Below are positions 1-9,837 of a stretch of 64,000 nt of DNA, piece after piece. Position 1 is the first letter of the stretch. Each line of letters starts with the position of its first letter. Under the pieces are notes generated by a model. That model had not been told where the DNA came from and made no database searches. It saw only the letters and a program-made list of their open reading frames with translations. The stretch covers positions 288,001 through 352,000 of the forward strand of contig CBDUPA010000001.1 in the NCBI GenBank assembly GCA_965368975.1. The letters are read 5' to 3'. The stretch is from an uncultured bacterium. Lineage in GTDB: Bacteria > Acidobacteriota > Thermoanaerobaculia > Multivoradales > JAHZIX01. Position numbers and translations under genes: made by a program.

Positions 1-1
1 C

Positions 2-634
2 GTTGCCGGACTGCTGGCCGCGGCGCTCGTCGCTGTCTACTTCGGCTGGTTGCTCAGCGTCGCGGCCCTGTCCGTCGGGGCCATGACTTCGGGTATCGAC
101 GCGCCGCCCTGGCACACGCGGCACGCTCCGGCCGACCGGCTGCCGCAAGAGTTGACCGCACTGGTGGACGGTCGGCTTGCCGGCTACGAGACCTTCACGG
201 TCCCGGTCGCTCCGGAGGCAGGTGTGGCCGACACGGGCAGTTGTCGCCTGCTGGTGCCGAGCTCCGCGTTCCAGCGAGGGACTCGAGGACGGAGGGCGCA
301 GCTCTTGTGGTTCGGCCCCAGCCAGGGCGACGGCGTGCTGATCTGCCCTTGGCAGCCGCTGACACTCGACGTGCGCATAGCCTCGATCGATGGTGACGAG
401 CTGCCCGACGAACTCGAACTCGAACTCGACGCGGGCGCCGGCTCGGTGCGGATGGTCATCGACTCGCCAGCCGAGCGGCGCGGCGTACCACTGACGCTGG
501 CGCTGGGACCACCAGTGGCACAGCATCTCGATGGTGCCTTCTGCGGTGGCCCGGAGTACTACCAGCCGCTGCGCTTCCGTGCTGCCAGCCCGGCATCCGC
601 CTGGGTCGTGGTGATCGAGCTGGTGCCTCGCTGA
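2..634 (+). CDS. 5'-truncated membrane-associated hypothetical protein (C-terminal part), probably from a surface-glycosylation locus
   Basis: Frame is open from the window start (VAGLLAAALVAVYFGWLL, a hydrophobic helix) to TGA at 634; no recognised motif. Confidence 0.55.
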   Translation, partial: VAGLLAAALVAVYFGWLLSVAALSVGAMTSGIDAPPWHTRHAPADRLPQELTALVDGRLAGYETFTVPVAPEAGVADTGSCRLLVPSSAFQRGTRGRRAQLLWFGPSQGDGVLICPWQPLTLDVRIASIDGDELPDELELELDAGAGSVRMVIDSPAERRGVPLTLALGPPVAQHLDGAFCGGPEYYQPLRFRAASPASAWVVVIELVPR

Positions 635-644
635 GGCTTCGACG

Positions 645-1988
645 CTAGCCGTCGACCGCAGCGCGCCAGACGGCGAGCGTCTCGTCGGCGCAGCGCTGCC
701 AGCTGAAGCGCTCGACGTTGGTGCGCCCGCGCGCTGCCAGCTGTCGCCGCGCCTCCTCGGCGGTGTCGGCGAACCACTGCGCGACGGCCTGGGCCCAGGC
801 GTCGGCATCGCTGGCCGGCACGTAGACGGCACCTTCCCCGGCCACCTCACGCAGCACCGGGATGTCGCTGCACACCAGCGGAGCTCCCGCCGCCTGGGCT
901 TCCAGGGCGGGCAGGCCGAAGCCCTCGTAGAGCGTCGGGAAGAGGACCAGGCGGGCGCGCCGGTAGAGGGTGAGCAGCTGCGCGTCGGTGGTATAGCCCA
1001 GGCGCAGCAGCCAGCCTTCCTCCTGCGCCCGCTGCAGGCGCGGCAACAGAGCCTCGATCTTCCAACCCTCGCCGCCACACAGGACGAGGCGGGGGCGCGA
1101 CGGCAGGCGCTGCCAGGCGTCGAGCAGCACGCCCAGGTTCTTGCGCGGCTCGATCGTGCCGACGTGCAGCGCGAAGGGCTCCACGCCACCGCCGGGCGTG
1201 TGCAGCTCGAGCGGCAAGGCGGCGTCGATGTCGAGGTCGTGGCCCGTCCGAGCGTCGGTTTCGGCGTCACCTGCCAGGCTGCGCGAGCCCAGCTGGGCGG
1301 TGGCGATACGCTCGGCAGGGATCTGTCCGAGTGCCGCTAGCTCGTGGCGAACCTGGTGGCTGTCGGTGATCACCCAGGCGGTGCGCTGGAAGGTGCGCTG
1401 CAACTTGCCCTGCAGCTCCTCGAGCACGCTCGGCTTGAGGGTCTCCGGTACCTTGACGAAGCCGAGGTCGTGGATGGTGGCGACGCGGACACCACGGGCG
1501 AAGCGGAAGTGTGGAGGTAGCAGGTAGTTCGGGGCGTGTAGGACGTCGTTACGTTCGAGCCGCAGCAGCAGCTTCTGCAGCTTCTGCAGCAGCCACACCC
1601 AGCGCCACGGCGCCATGCTCAGCTCGTGCGGCGGCCGGTAGCAGACGTATTCGAGTGCCGGCCCGGTCGGCAGAGGGATCTGCGGCTCGGGCAGGCCCTC
1701 GTGCGTCGCGATCCAGGGGCCGTAGAGGCGAACGCGCACGTCGTCACGGTCGGCGAGGTGAATCAAGAGCTGGTAGAGGTACCAGCCGATGCCGGTGAGC
1801 GGCATCCACAGGGGGCAGATGTCGATGGCCACGGTGAGGCGAGCCTCGCCGCGCCGACGGCGTACGGAAGCCACGATCTCACCCAGCCATCGCCACGTGG
1901 CGCGCAGACGCCGAGGCCGCAGGCGCGCCAGTTTGCCGCGCAGCTGGTGCAGGCGGGACGTTGGCTCGGGGGGGCGGCGATCGTCCAT
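645..1988 (-). CDS. Glycosyltransferase family 4 (GT-B)
   Basis: TGIGWY, TIHD, VGTIEPRKN and PTLYEGFGLPALEA (E-x7-E) motifs. Confidence 0.92.
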   Translation of the reverse strand: MDDRRPPEPTSRLHQLRGKLARLRPRRLRATWRWLGEIVASVRRRRGEARLTVAIDICPLWMPLTGIGWYLYQLLIHLADRDDVRVRLYGPWIATHEGLPEPQIPLPTGPALEYVCYRPPHELSMAPWRWVWLLQKLQKLLLRLERNDVLHAPNYLLPPHFRFARGVRVATIHDLGFVKVPETLKPSVLEELQGKLQRTFQRTAWVITDSHQVRHELAALGQIPAERIATAQLGSRSLAGDAETDARTGHDLDIDAALPLELHTPGGGVEPFALHVGTIEPRKNLGVLLDAWQRLPSRPRLVLCGGEGWKIEALLPRLQRAQEEGWLLRLGYTTDAQLLTLYRRARLVLFPTLYEGFGLPALEAQAAGAPLVCSDIPVLREVAGEGAVYVPASDADAWAQAVAQWFADTAEEARRQLAARGRTNVERFSWQRCADETLAVWRAAVDG

Positions 1989-2030
1989 GTAGCACCGAGT
2001 GTAGCAGTGGAAGCTGCTAAACTACAGGGC

Positions 2031-3164
2031 ATGAATCCCTGGCGACGTCTGCGCTCTTCGCGGCGCCGGCGGACCCTCGTACCGCTCGCTTTGCCGGCAT
2101 TCCTTCTGGCCGCTGTGGCCGTACGCTGGCTGGCTTGTGGCGTCTCGCTCCGCGACCTGCTGCTGCCCGCGTCGCGTGACCTCGGCTGGCAGGCGCTGAG
2201 CTGGCTGAGCCTGCCGCCGGTGCTCACCGTGCTGGCCGGTGGCTTCACGGTGTGGCCGGTCTACCGGTTGACGCGACGCCTGGGCGGCACGCTGGCGGCG
2301 TGGGTCGCTTCGTGGTTGGTGGTGGTGTCGACGCTGTCCAACCTTGCGATGCGCGAGAGTGCCAGCACGGTGTGGGCGACTCTGCTGGTCGCTTGCTGCC
2401 TGGCCACCGCCGCTCGGCTCTTGGCGGGGGAGAGCCTGCAAGGCTACCTGCTGGCTGGTATCTGCGGGGGGCTGGCGGCGGCAGCCAGCTGGCCTGCCAG
2501 CCTGGTGTTGCTGGTGGTGCCGAGCGTCTGGCTGCGGGCTCGCTTGCGGGCGTCCGGCCGTCGCTGGCAGCTGTCCAAGCTGGCTTACCTACCGGCGTCG
2601 ATTCTGGCCGCGCTGCTGCCCTTCTTGCTGGCCTCTGCCGGGACGTCAGTGGATCTTTCGGCGGTCAGCGCCGGGGGGCAAGTGGCGATCCAACTCTATC
2701 TCGGTGCACTGCTCGACTCCCTGGGCCTACCAGCGCTGGTGCTGGCGGGTCTGGGCGCGTGGTTGATGTGGCCTGCCTGCCGCCGGAAGCGCATGGCCTG
2801 GTTGCTGCCGTTTCCGGCCGCTTTGCTGGCGTTCCTGCTGTTCACCGGAGCGGGCGAGCACCACGATTTGAGCTTGTTGGTACCGCTGCTGGCCGCCTTC
2901 CTCGGTGTCGGACTCGCTGGCCTGGTGCGCTGGATGCAGCAGCGCTGTCCGCTGTTCGCGGTGGGGACGGGCCGGGTTCGTGGCTGGCCGTGCAAGGTCA
3001 TGCCCTGGGCTGCCTTGATGGTCGCCCTCCTGCCGCCGACGTTGGCATCAGGGATCGACCTGCGCCAAGCAGCTGGATCTCAGCTCGCTGGATCTCAGCT
3101 CGAGAGCCAGGTCTTGGACAGGCACTCACCGCTGCAGACGATAGGCCGAAGCCAGGCGTCGTAG
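2031..3164 (+). CDS. Multi-pass membrane protein, ArnT/PMT-like GT-C glycosyltransferase
   Basis: About 10 hydrophobic helices; VYRLTRRLGG..AAWVASWL and LLAGICGGLAAA patterns; divergent from GT4; ATG at 2031 preferred over the ORF-track start at 1626. Confidence 0.5.
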   Translation: MNPWRRLRSSRRRRTLVPLALPAFLLAAVAVRWLACGVSLRDLLLPASRDLGWQALSWLSLPPVLTVLAGGFTVWPVYRLTRRLGGTLAAWVASWLVVVSTLSNLAMRESASTVWATLLVACCLATAARLLAGESLQGYLLAGICGGLAAAASWPASLVLLVVPSVWLRARLRASGRRWQLSKLAYLPASILAALLPFLLASAGTSVDLSAVSAGGQVAIQLYLGALLDSLGLPALVLAGLGAWLMWPACRRKRMAWLLPFPAALLAFLLFTGAGEHHDLSLLVPLLAAFLGVGLAGLVRWMQQRCPLFAVGTGRVRGWPCKVMPWAALMVALLPPTLASGIDLRQAAGSQLAGSQLESQVLDRHSPLQTIGRSQAS

Positions 3165-6100
3165 CTGGTGGTTGGCGACGGTCAGCGTTGCCAGATCGGG
3201 GCCGGTCTTGGCGCCGTGGGCCTCCTCCAGCACCTCGATCACCGGCTCGACTTCTTCGCGGTTCTGGTCCAGCCAGGTCTCGGTGGCGGTCCAGGCGTCA
3301 CCGTCCGGACTGCGCAGCGCCAGGTGGGTCAGGTCGCGCTGGTGGGCATAGAGGTCTTCCATCAGCGCCGAGATCGCGTCGCGCTGCATCGGCGTGTGGT
3401 GCTCCAGGGCCGCGGTGGCCTCGCGCAGCCACACCAGGTGGAAGCGTTCGCCAATCTGGAAGTACGCCTCGGCGACTTCGGGGATGCTACGGCCTTCGCG
3501 CGCGATGCGCACGATGTCGAAGGTCGAGATGAGGAAGCGCAGGCTGGCGATCTGGTGCGCCAGCTCGTCGGGCACGCCTTGCTCGCACAACTCGGTGGCG
3601 CGCGCTTCCAGGTGCTCGCGGCGGTTGGCGGGCAGGATCTGGTCCAGGTGCTGGCGCAGCGCCTCGACGCCCGGCGCCAGCTCGGTGACGGCGGCGGTGA
3701 TGTCGATGCTGCGGTTCTGGTGCAGGAGCCAGGCGACCGCCTGTTTGACGATCTCGCCGGTGTCGAGCAGCATGCGCAGCTGCAAGCGCGTGTCGACCTG
3801 GTTGTCCAGAGCCTCGATCTGCGACCACAGCGGCCGCATGCGAAAGGCGTCGCGCGCCACCAGGTAGGCGCGTGCGATCTGGCTGCCCGGCATGCCGGTG
3901 CTCTCCACCATGCGTGTGACGAAGGTCGGGCCGACGCGGTTGACCATGCTGTTGGTGGCGTGCGTGGCGATGATCTCGCGGCGCAGCCTGTGGTGCTCGA
4001 TCTGTGGCCGGAAACGCTGTTGTAGCGGCGTCGGGAAGTAGCGCACCAGGTCTTCGAGCAACAGCGGGTCGTCGGGCAGGTCGGAGTCGAGCAATTGTTC
4101 GAACAGCACCAGCTTGGAGTAGCTGAGCAGCACTGAGATTTCCGGTCGCGACAAGCCTTGACCGCCCTCGTGTTGGCGCCGGGTCAGGCTCTCCTCGTCC
4201 GGAAGGAACTCGAGTGCGCGGTCGAGCTTGCCGCTGCGCTCCAGCCGGCGCATCATGCGTCGCTGGTGGCTCAGCGCTTCCAGGCCGCGCGCCGCCTCGA
4301 CCGAGATCGCCTGACTCTGGAGATAGTTGTCGCGCAGTACCAGGTCGGCAACTTCGTCGGTCATCTCTTCGAGCAACTGGTCGCGATGCTTGATCGTCAA
4401 GTCGCCGTTGGCGACCACGCCACCGAGCAGGATCTTGATGTTGACCTCGTGGTCCGAGCAGTCGACGCCGCCCGAATTGTCGATGAAGTCGGTGTTCAGG
4501 CGGCCGCCGTAGCCACGGCCGTCGTCCTGGCGCGGGCCGCCGTGCAAGGCGTACTCGATACGGCCGCGCTGCGTCAGTCCGAGGTTGGCACCCTCGCCGA
4601 CGACGCGGCAGCGCAGCTCGATCCCGTTGACGCGCACCGCGTCGTTGGCCCGGTCGCCGGTGTCCGAGTGATGCTCGTTGCTGGCCTTGACGTAGGTGCC
4701 GATGCCGCCGAACCACAGCAGATCGATCTCGGCGGTGAGCAGCGCGCGGATCAGCTCGGTGGGGGTGATTTCGTCGAGTTCCAGCCCCAGCAGTTGGCGG
4801 ATCTGCGGTGTCAATTTCAGCGTCTTGGCCTGGCGATCGAAGATCGCGCCGCCGGGGGAGAGCAGCTTCGTGTCGTAGTCGAGCCAGGACGAACGGGGCA
4901 GCTCGAACAGGCGCTGGCGCTCGGCGAAGCTGGTCGCCGGGTCGGGGTCTGGATCGACGAAGATGTGCAGGTGGTTGAAGGCGCCGATCAGGCGCAGGTG
5001 CTTCGACAGCAACATGCCATTGCCGAAGACGTCACCCGACATGTCGCCGACGCCCACCGCGGTGACGCTCTGGTTTTGCACGTCGACGCCGAGCTCGCGG
5101 AAGTGACGCTTGACGCACTCCCAGGCGCCGCGCGCCGTGATCCCCATCTTCTTGTGGTCATAGCCGGCGGAGCCGCCCGAGGCGAAAGCATCACCGAGCC
5201 AGAAGTCGACCTCGGCGGCGACGCTATTGGCCAGGTCCGAGAAGGTGGCGGTGCCCTTGTCCGCCGCGACGACCAGGTAGGGGTCGTCGCCATCGTGCCG
5301 GACAACCGCGGGTGGGGGTTCGACGGCACCGTCGCGCAGATTGTCGGTGACGTCGAGCAGGCCTCGGATGAAGCCGCGGTAGCAGTCCTGCCCGGCCTGC
5401 AACTGCGCCTCGCGTTCGGCCGGCGGGTGCTTGACCACGAAGCCGCCCTTGGAGCCGACTGGCACGATCACCGCGTTCTTGACCATCTGTGCTTTCATCA
5501 GGCCGAGGATTTCGGTACGGAAGTCCTCCAACCGGTCCGACCAGCGCAGACCGCCACGCGCGACGCTACCGCCGCGCAGGTGGATGCCTTCGAAGCTCGG
5601 CGAGTAGACGAAGATCTCGAAGCGTGGGCGCGGCTTCGGCAGCTCACTGATCTTGCTGCAGTCGAACTTGAACGACAGGTAGCTCTTGGGACGCTCGACA
5701 CCCTGGTCGTCGTGCACGGTCTGGAAGAAGTTGGTGCGCAGAGTCGCCTCGATCAGCTCCCAGAACAGCCGCACGATGCGATCTTCGTCGACGTTCTGGA
5801 CCAAGTCGAGCGCCTGACGCTTCTTCCGTCGCAGCTCGCGGATCGCCTCGTCGCGGCTACCGTCGTTACCGTCCAGCGAAGCCTCTTGCAGCGAGCCCTT
5901 CTTCGGGCCACTCTTCAGCGAGCTGGGATGCGGGTCGAAGCGCAGATAGAAGAGCTCGATCAGCAGACGGGCGAGGTCGGCGTTGCGGCTCAGCGTGGCT
6001 TCGATGTAGCGCTGCGAGAAAGTGATTCCGATCTGTCGCATGTAGCGGCAGTAAGCGCGCAGCACCACCACCTGGCGGCTGGTCAGGCCGGCGCGCAGTA

Positions 6101-8099
6101 CCAGCTGATTGAAGCCGTCGTCTTCGATGCCGCCGGCCCACACCTGGCGCAGCGTCGCCTCGAAGCTCTCCTTGACCGCACCGACGTCGAAGCCGACGCC
6201 CTCGGCCTGGTGCAGGTCGAAGTCTCGGATCCAGACCGAGGCCGTGCTCCCACTGCCACTCAGCTGTGGGGCCTCGTCGTCTTCCAGCCACGGTTGTACT
6301 TCGTACGGGACCTCGCTGATCACGCGCAGCCCCATGCTCTCGAGCTTGGGTAGGACTTCGGACAGCGGTAGCGCGCGCCCGAGGTGATAGATCTTGAAGC
6401 GCGCTTCGTGCGCCTTGTCGGTCAGCTTGCGGTAGAGCGACAGGCCGAGGGGGCGACCGCTGAGAACCTCTTCGATGGTATCGATGTCGGCCAGCGCGGA
6501 TTCCGGCGGGAAGTTGTCGCGGTAGGCGACGGAGAAGGCGTCGCCATAGCGGCGTGCCAGCTCGCGGGCCTGTGCCTCGGGGCGCTTGTCGATCAGCACT
6601 TGTTGCAGGCGGTCCTGCCACGTACGGGCAGCGCTCGCCAGCTGCTCCTCGATCTGCCGCGGATCGTAGCGCGGGATGCGGCCGGCGGTGGTCTTGACCA
6701 CGAAGTGGACCTGCGCCAGGGGCAAGTCGGACAGCTGTGTGTAGAAGGCGGTGACCTGGCCGTCGAAGGCGGATTCCAGGATGCCTCGGATGTTGAGGCG
6801 CAGCTCGGTGTTGAAACGGTCGCGCGGCACGAAGACCAGGCACGAGACGAAGCGCTGGAAGGGGTCTTCACGCACGAACATCGCCAGGCGCTGGCGTTCC
6901 TGGATTCGCAGGATGCCGCGGCTGGTGCGCAGAAGGTCGTCCTCGGAGATCTGGAACAGTTCGTCTCGCGGATAGGTCTCGAGGATGTGCACCAGGGCTT
7001 TGCCGTCGTGGCTGGCGCCCTCGAAGCCGGCGCGCTCGACGGTGCGTGCCACCTTGCGGCGTAGCAGCGGGATCTTGCGCGCACTCGAATTGTAGGCGGT
7101 CGATGTGAACAGTCCGAGGAAACGCACCTCGCCGATCACCCGGCCATCGGGCGCGAAGCGCCGCACGCCGATGTAGTCCAGGTGCACCGGCCGGTGGACG
7201 GTCGAGCGGTGGCTGGACTTGGTGACCAGCAACAACTCGCGGCGTTGCGCGAAGTCGGCGCGCGTCTCTTCCAGCAGTTGCGGTCCCGAGTAGTGCTCCA
7301 GCGTTTCGGGTTTTCTCAGGATGCCCAGGCTGGTGTCGAGCAGGGCGCGCAGCGAGTCGCCTTGGTCGTCACTCTCGATCACCGCCTCACGGTAGCCCAG
7401 GAAGGTGAAGTTGTTGTCGTCGAGCCAGCGCAGGAACTGTGTACCTTCGGCGCAGTCTTCCTCGGCCAGCGGTGGCGGCGTGGTCTCCAGCTCCTCGAGC
7501 AACCTGTGCAGCTGTGACCGCATGGCCTGCCAGTCTTGGACTGCCAGCCGCACATCTTCGAGCACGCTATGCAAGCGGTCGGCCAGAGCCTGCAAGGCTG
7601 CCGCGTCGGCGACCAGGTCGAGTTCGATATGGATGAACGACTCGGCTCGGGCGTCTTCGGTGTCGCGCGGACACACTTCGAGCAACTGGCCGTCGGCGTC
7701 GCGACGGCAGTAAATCACCGGGTGGATGACCTGGTGCAGCGTCAGGTCGGCCTCGTTGAGCGCCGCCGACAGCGAGTCGACCAGGAACGGCATGTCGTCG
7801 TTGACCGCTTCGAGCACCGTGTGCCGACTCTGCCAGCCGTGCTCGGCGAAGTTCGGATTGTAGAGGTGCAGCTTGGGAGCCTCGGCGGTGCGCTGCTGGC
7901 CGAGCGTCCAGAGAGCCAGGACGGCACCGAGCAGAGACTCCGGCGGCGCCGACAGGACCTCGTCGGGCAGCACCGTCGAGTAGTAGCTGCGCAGGAAGCG
8001 CTCGGCCTCCGGAGCCCGGTCGGGGGCGACCCGCTCGCGCAGTCCCTCGGTCAATTCGTCCAGGAGTTTCGCCTTCAACGCTTCGGCCGTGGAGTTCAT
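3126..8099 (-). CDS. gdhB: Large NAD-specific glutamate dehydrogenase
   Basis: 1657 aa; RGGLRWSDR, NAVIVPVGSKGGF, VVAADKGTATFSD, GVGDMSGDVFGNG, DNSGGVDCSDHEVNIKI. Confidence 0.95.
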   Translation of the reverse strand: MNSTAEALKAKLLDELTEGLRERVAPDRAPEAERFLRSYYSTVLPDEVLSAPPESLLGAVLALWTLGQQRTAEAPKLHLYNPNFAEHGWQSRHTVLEAVNDDMPFLVDSLSAALNEADLTLHQVIHPVIYCRRDADGQLLEVCPRDTEDARAESFIHIELDLVADAAALQALADRLHSVLEDVRLAVQDWQAMRSQLHRLLEELETTPPPLAEEDCAEGTQFLRWLDDNNFTFLGYREAVIESDDQGDSLRALLDTSLGILRKPETLEHYSGPQLLEETRADFAQRRELLLVTKSSHRSTVHRPVHLDYIGVRRFAPDGRVIGEVRFLGLFTSTAYNSSARKIPLLRRKVARTVERAGFEGASHDGKALVHILETYPRDELFQISEDDLLRTSRGILRIQERQRLAMFVREDPFQRFVSCLVFVPRDRFNTELRLNIRGILESAFDGQVTAFYTQLSDLPLAQVHFVVKTTAGRIPRYDPRQIEEQLASAARTWQDRLQQVLIDKRPEAQARELARRYGDAFSVAYRDNFPPESALADIDTIEEVLSGRPLGLSLYRKLTDKAHEARFKIYHLGRALPLSEVLPKLESMGLRVISEVPYEVQPWLEDDEAPQLSGSGSTASVWIRDFDLHQAEGVGFDVGAVKESFEATLRQVWAGGIEDDGFNQLVLRAGLTSRQVVVLRAYCRYMRQIGITFSQRYIEATLSRNADLARLLIELFYLRFDPHPSSLKSGPKKGSLQEASLDGNDGSRDEAIRELRRKKRQALDLVQNVDEDRIVRLFWELIEATLRTNFFQTVHDDQGVERPKSYLSFKFDCSKISELPKPRPRFEIFVYSPSFEGIHLRGGSVARGGLRWSDRLEDFRTEILGLMKAQMVKNAVIVPVGSKGGFVVKHPPAEREAQLQAGQDCYRGFIRGLLDVTDNLRDGAVEPPPAVVRHDGDDPYLVVAADKGTATFSDLANSVAAEVDFWLGDAFASGGSAGYDHKKMGITARGAWECVKRHFRELGVDVQNQSVTAVGVGDMSGDVFGNGMLLSKHLRLIGAFNHLHIFVDPDPDPATSFAERQRLFELPRSSWLDYDTKLLSPGGAIFDRQAKTLKLTPQIRQLLGLELDEITPTELIRALLTAEIDLLWFGGIGTYVKASNEHHSDTGDRANDAVRVNGIELRCRVVGEGANLGLTQRGRIEYALHGGPRQDDGRGYGGRLNTDFIDNSGGVDCSDHEVNIKILLGGVVANGDLTIKHRDQLLEEMTDEVADLVLRDNYLQSQAISVEAARGLEALSHQRRMMRRLERSGKLDRALEFLPDEESLTRRQHEGGQGLSRPEISVLLSYSKLVLFEQLLDSDLPDDPLLLEDLVRYFPTPLQQRFRPQIEHHRLRREIIATHATNSMVNRVGPTFVTRMVESTGMPGSQIARAYLVARDAFRMRPLWSQIEALDNQVDTRLQLRMLLDTGEIVKQAVAWLLHQNRSIDITAAVTELAPGVEALRQHLDQILPANRREHLEARATELCEQGVPDELAHQIASLRFLISTFDIVRIAREGRSIPEVAEAYFQIGERFHLVWLREATAALEHHTPMQRDAISALMEDLYAHQRDLTHLALRSPDGDAWTATETWLDQNREEVEPVIEVLEEAHGAKTGPDLATLTVANHQLRRLASAYRLQR

Positions 8100-8265
8100 G
8101 AACTCGAACCTCTTGCAGTCAGGGGGTGGCCCTGCTCAGTACAGAGTTGCACTTCTTGAAATCATCATAGAGAAAGCTGAACCATTATGTCCCGAGTCGG
8201 GGGCATGTGGGGGACCCTCGAAGAGATCTGTCGATCGGCGCCCGGTGGGGGGATCAGCAGACGGG

Positions 8266-9660
8266 TCAGTCGTCGAGCGCCGGCTGCAGCCGTTCCTGCA
8301 AGGTGCGCATCCAGGCGCCGTCCCACCACTCCTTCGGATCGACCGCCAGGCCGCGGAGCATCAGCGTGAAGTGCAGGTGGTCGCCGCCCGCCATGCCGGT
8401 GGCCCCGGTGCGGCCGACGTCCTGCCCGCGCTCGACGGTGTCGCCGACGGCGACATCGATGCCCGACAGGTGGGCGTACAGGCTCATGACACCGTAGCCG
8501 TGATCGAGCACGACGGTGTTGCCGTAGATCCCGAAGTACTCGGCCAGCACCACGCGGCCGCTGTTGGCCGCCGGGACTGGCGCTCGCCGCACCGACGCCA
8601 GGTCGTAGCCCAGGTGGTCCTGGGTATCGACCGGCCGGCCCTGGTACTCGTACGTGCGGCGCGCCGCGAAGGGCGACATGACGGCGCTGCGCGGCAGCTG
8701 CAGGAAGCGCCCCTGCCACAGCTGCTCCGGCACCGAGTTCTTGCCCAAAGCCTGGAGCTGCTCTGCGTTGCGGGCGCGCAGTTCGCTGTTCATCTTCAGG
8801 TAGTCGGCCAGCAGGTCACCCGTGCCCGCCATTTCTGGTGTCGCGGCCAGAATCGCCGGCACGACCTTGGCCAGGAAGGCGTCGTCGAGCCGGATGTTGC
8901 CGGTCTGCAGCGGCCGCGGTCGGAAGCTGTCGACGAACGGGATCGACACCCGATTGCCCAGCGCGTCCTCGGCCACCAGGCGTAGCTGCGCCGTGCCGTC
9001 GAGGTCGTAGGGTAGGCCGAAGAGCGCGAATTTCTCTTCACCCGGCCGGTCGCGACCGGGGGCATCGTAGCCCGGGAACCACCAGTCGCCGGCCTGCACA
9101 CCATGCAGCGTCGCCGTCGGCCCCACGCGGTAGGTGACCAGTGCGCTACCGCCCTGGATGCCACTGGTGTTGCCCGAGGTCACCGCGATGCTCGGCGGCG
9201 TCAAATGCACGTGCGTCTCGTGTCGCTCGAGGGCTGGCGCCGGCCGTCGCAGCCAGGTCCCTGCCGTCTCCGCCTCGACCACCAGCACCGCCGGTCCTTC
9301 CACCAATCCCGGTAGGGTCTCCTTGCCCACTTCGACCTGCGTCGACCACGTGCGCGTGCCGGTAGCCCAGAACGCCCAGAACGAGGTTGGTTCGAACGCT
9401 TCCGACACCAGTTCGTACGTCGTGTCCTGCTGTTCGAGCCACACTCGCACCGGTCCCAATCCACGCTTGCCGGCGGTCGCGGTCACCTGCACTTGCGTGC
9501 TCGGTCCGATTCCGGGGCGGTCGAGCTGCAGATCGAGGGTCGGCGTCTGTCCGACCAAGAACCAAGCCGCGAGGCCGACCACGGCGAGCACGAGAATGAG
9601 CCGAAAGACGAGCGCACGGGGAGAGCGCCGCCGGTGGTCGCGGATCAGGGTACTGGACAT
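8266..9660 (-). CDS. M23 family metallopeptidase, membrane-anchored
   Basis: N-terminal TM helix; HLGYD (HxxxD), YGNTVVLDHG, LYAHL and GDHLHF (HxH). Confidence 0.92.
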   Translation of the reverse strand: MSSTLIRDHRRRSPRALVFRLILVLAVVGLAAWFLVGQTPTLDLQLDRPGIGPSTQVQVTATAGKRGLGPVRVWLEQQDTTYELVSEAFEPTSFWAFWATGTRTWSTQVEVGKETLPGLVEGPAVLVVEAETAGTWLRRPAPALERHETHVHLTPPSIAVTSGNTSGIQGGSALVTYRVGPTATLHGVQAGDWWFPGYDAPGRDRPGEEKFALFGLPYDLDGTAQLRLVAEDALGNRVSIPFVDSFRPRPLQTGNIRLDDAFLAKVVPAILAATPEMAGTGDLLADYLKMNSELRARNAEQLQALGKNSVPEQLWQGRFLQLPRSAVMSPFAARRTYEYQGRPVDTQDHLGYDLASVRRAPVPAANSGRVVLAEYFGIYGNTVVLDHGYGVMSLYAHLSGIDVAVGDTVERGQDVGRTGATGMAGGDHLHFTLMLRGLAVDPKEWWDGAWMRTLQERLQPALDD

Positions 9661-9837
9661 CGTCGTAGACCTGTCTTGCTTGTCGTGGTGGCGGGAGGGA
9701 ATGCCGGTGCGTTCGGCCTGAGTGTCGAGGGCGTTTGGGAGGCGGTGGTGGGGCGCTTCGGAGGGTCGCGGGCGCCTTGATTGGCGCGGCTAGAGTATAG
9801 CATCGGCTTGTGCTGGCGGTGATAGCTTGCGCTCACA

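Noticed and set aside
1626-2030. Extended N-termini in the ORF track (also 35803, 38732, 39712, 43131, 58988)
   Set aside because: They overlap neighbouring real genes; downstream starts with SD or translational coupling fit better
4158-6353. 731-aa plus-strand ORF, and similar long shadows (12608-13705, 28819-30213, 43365-45002, 51097-52707)
   Set aside because: Antisense to well-supported genes; typical high-GC artefacts with no motifs
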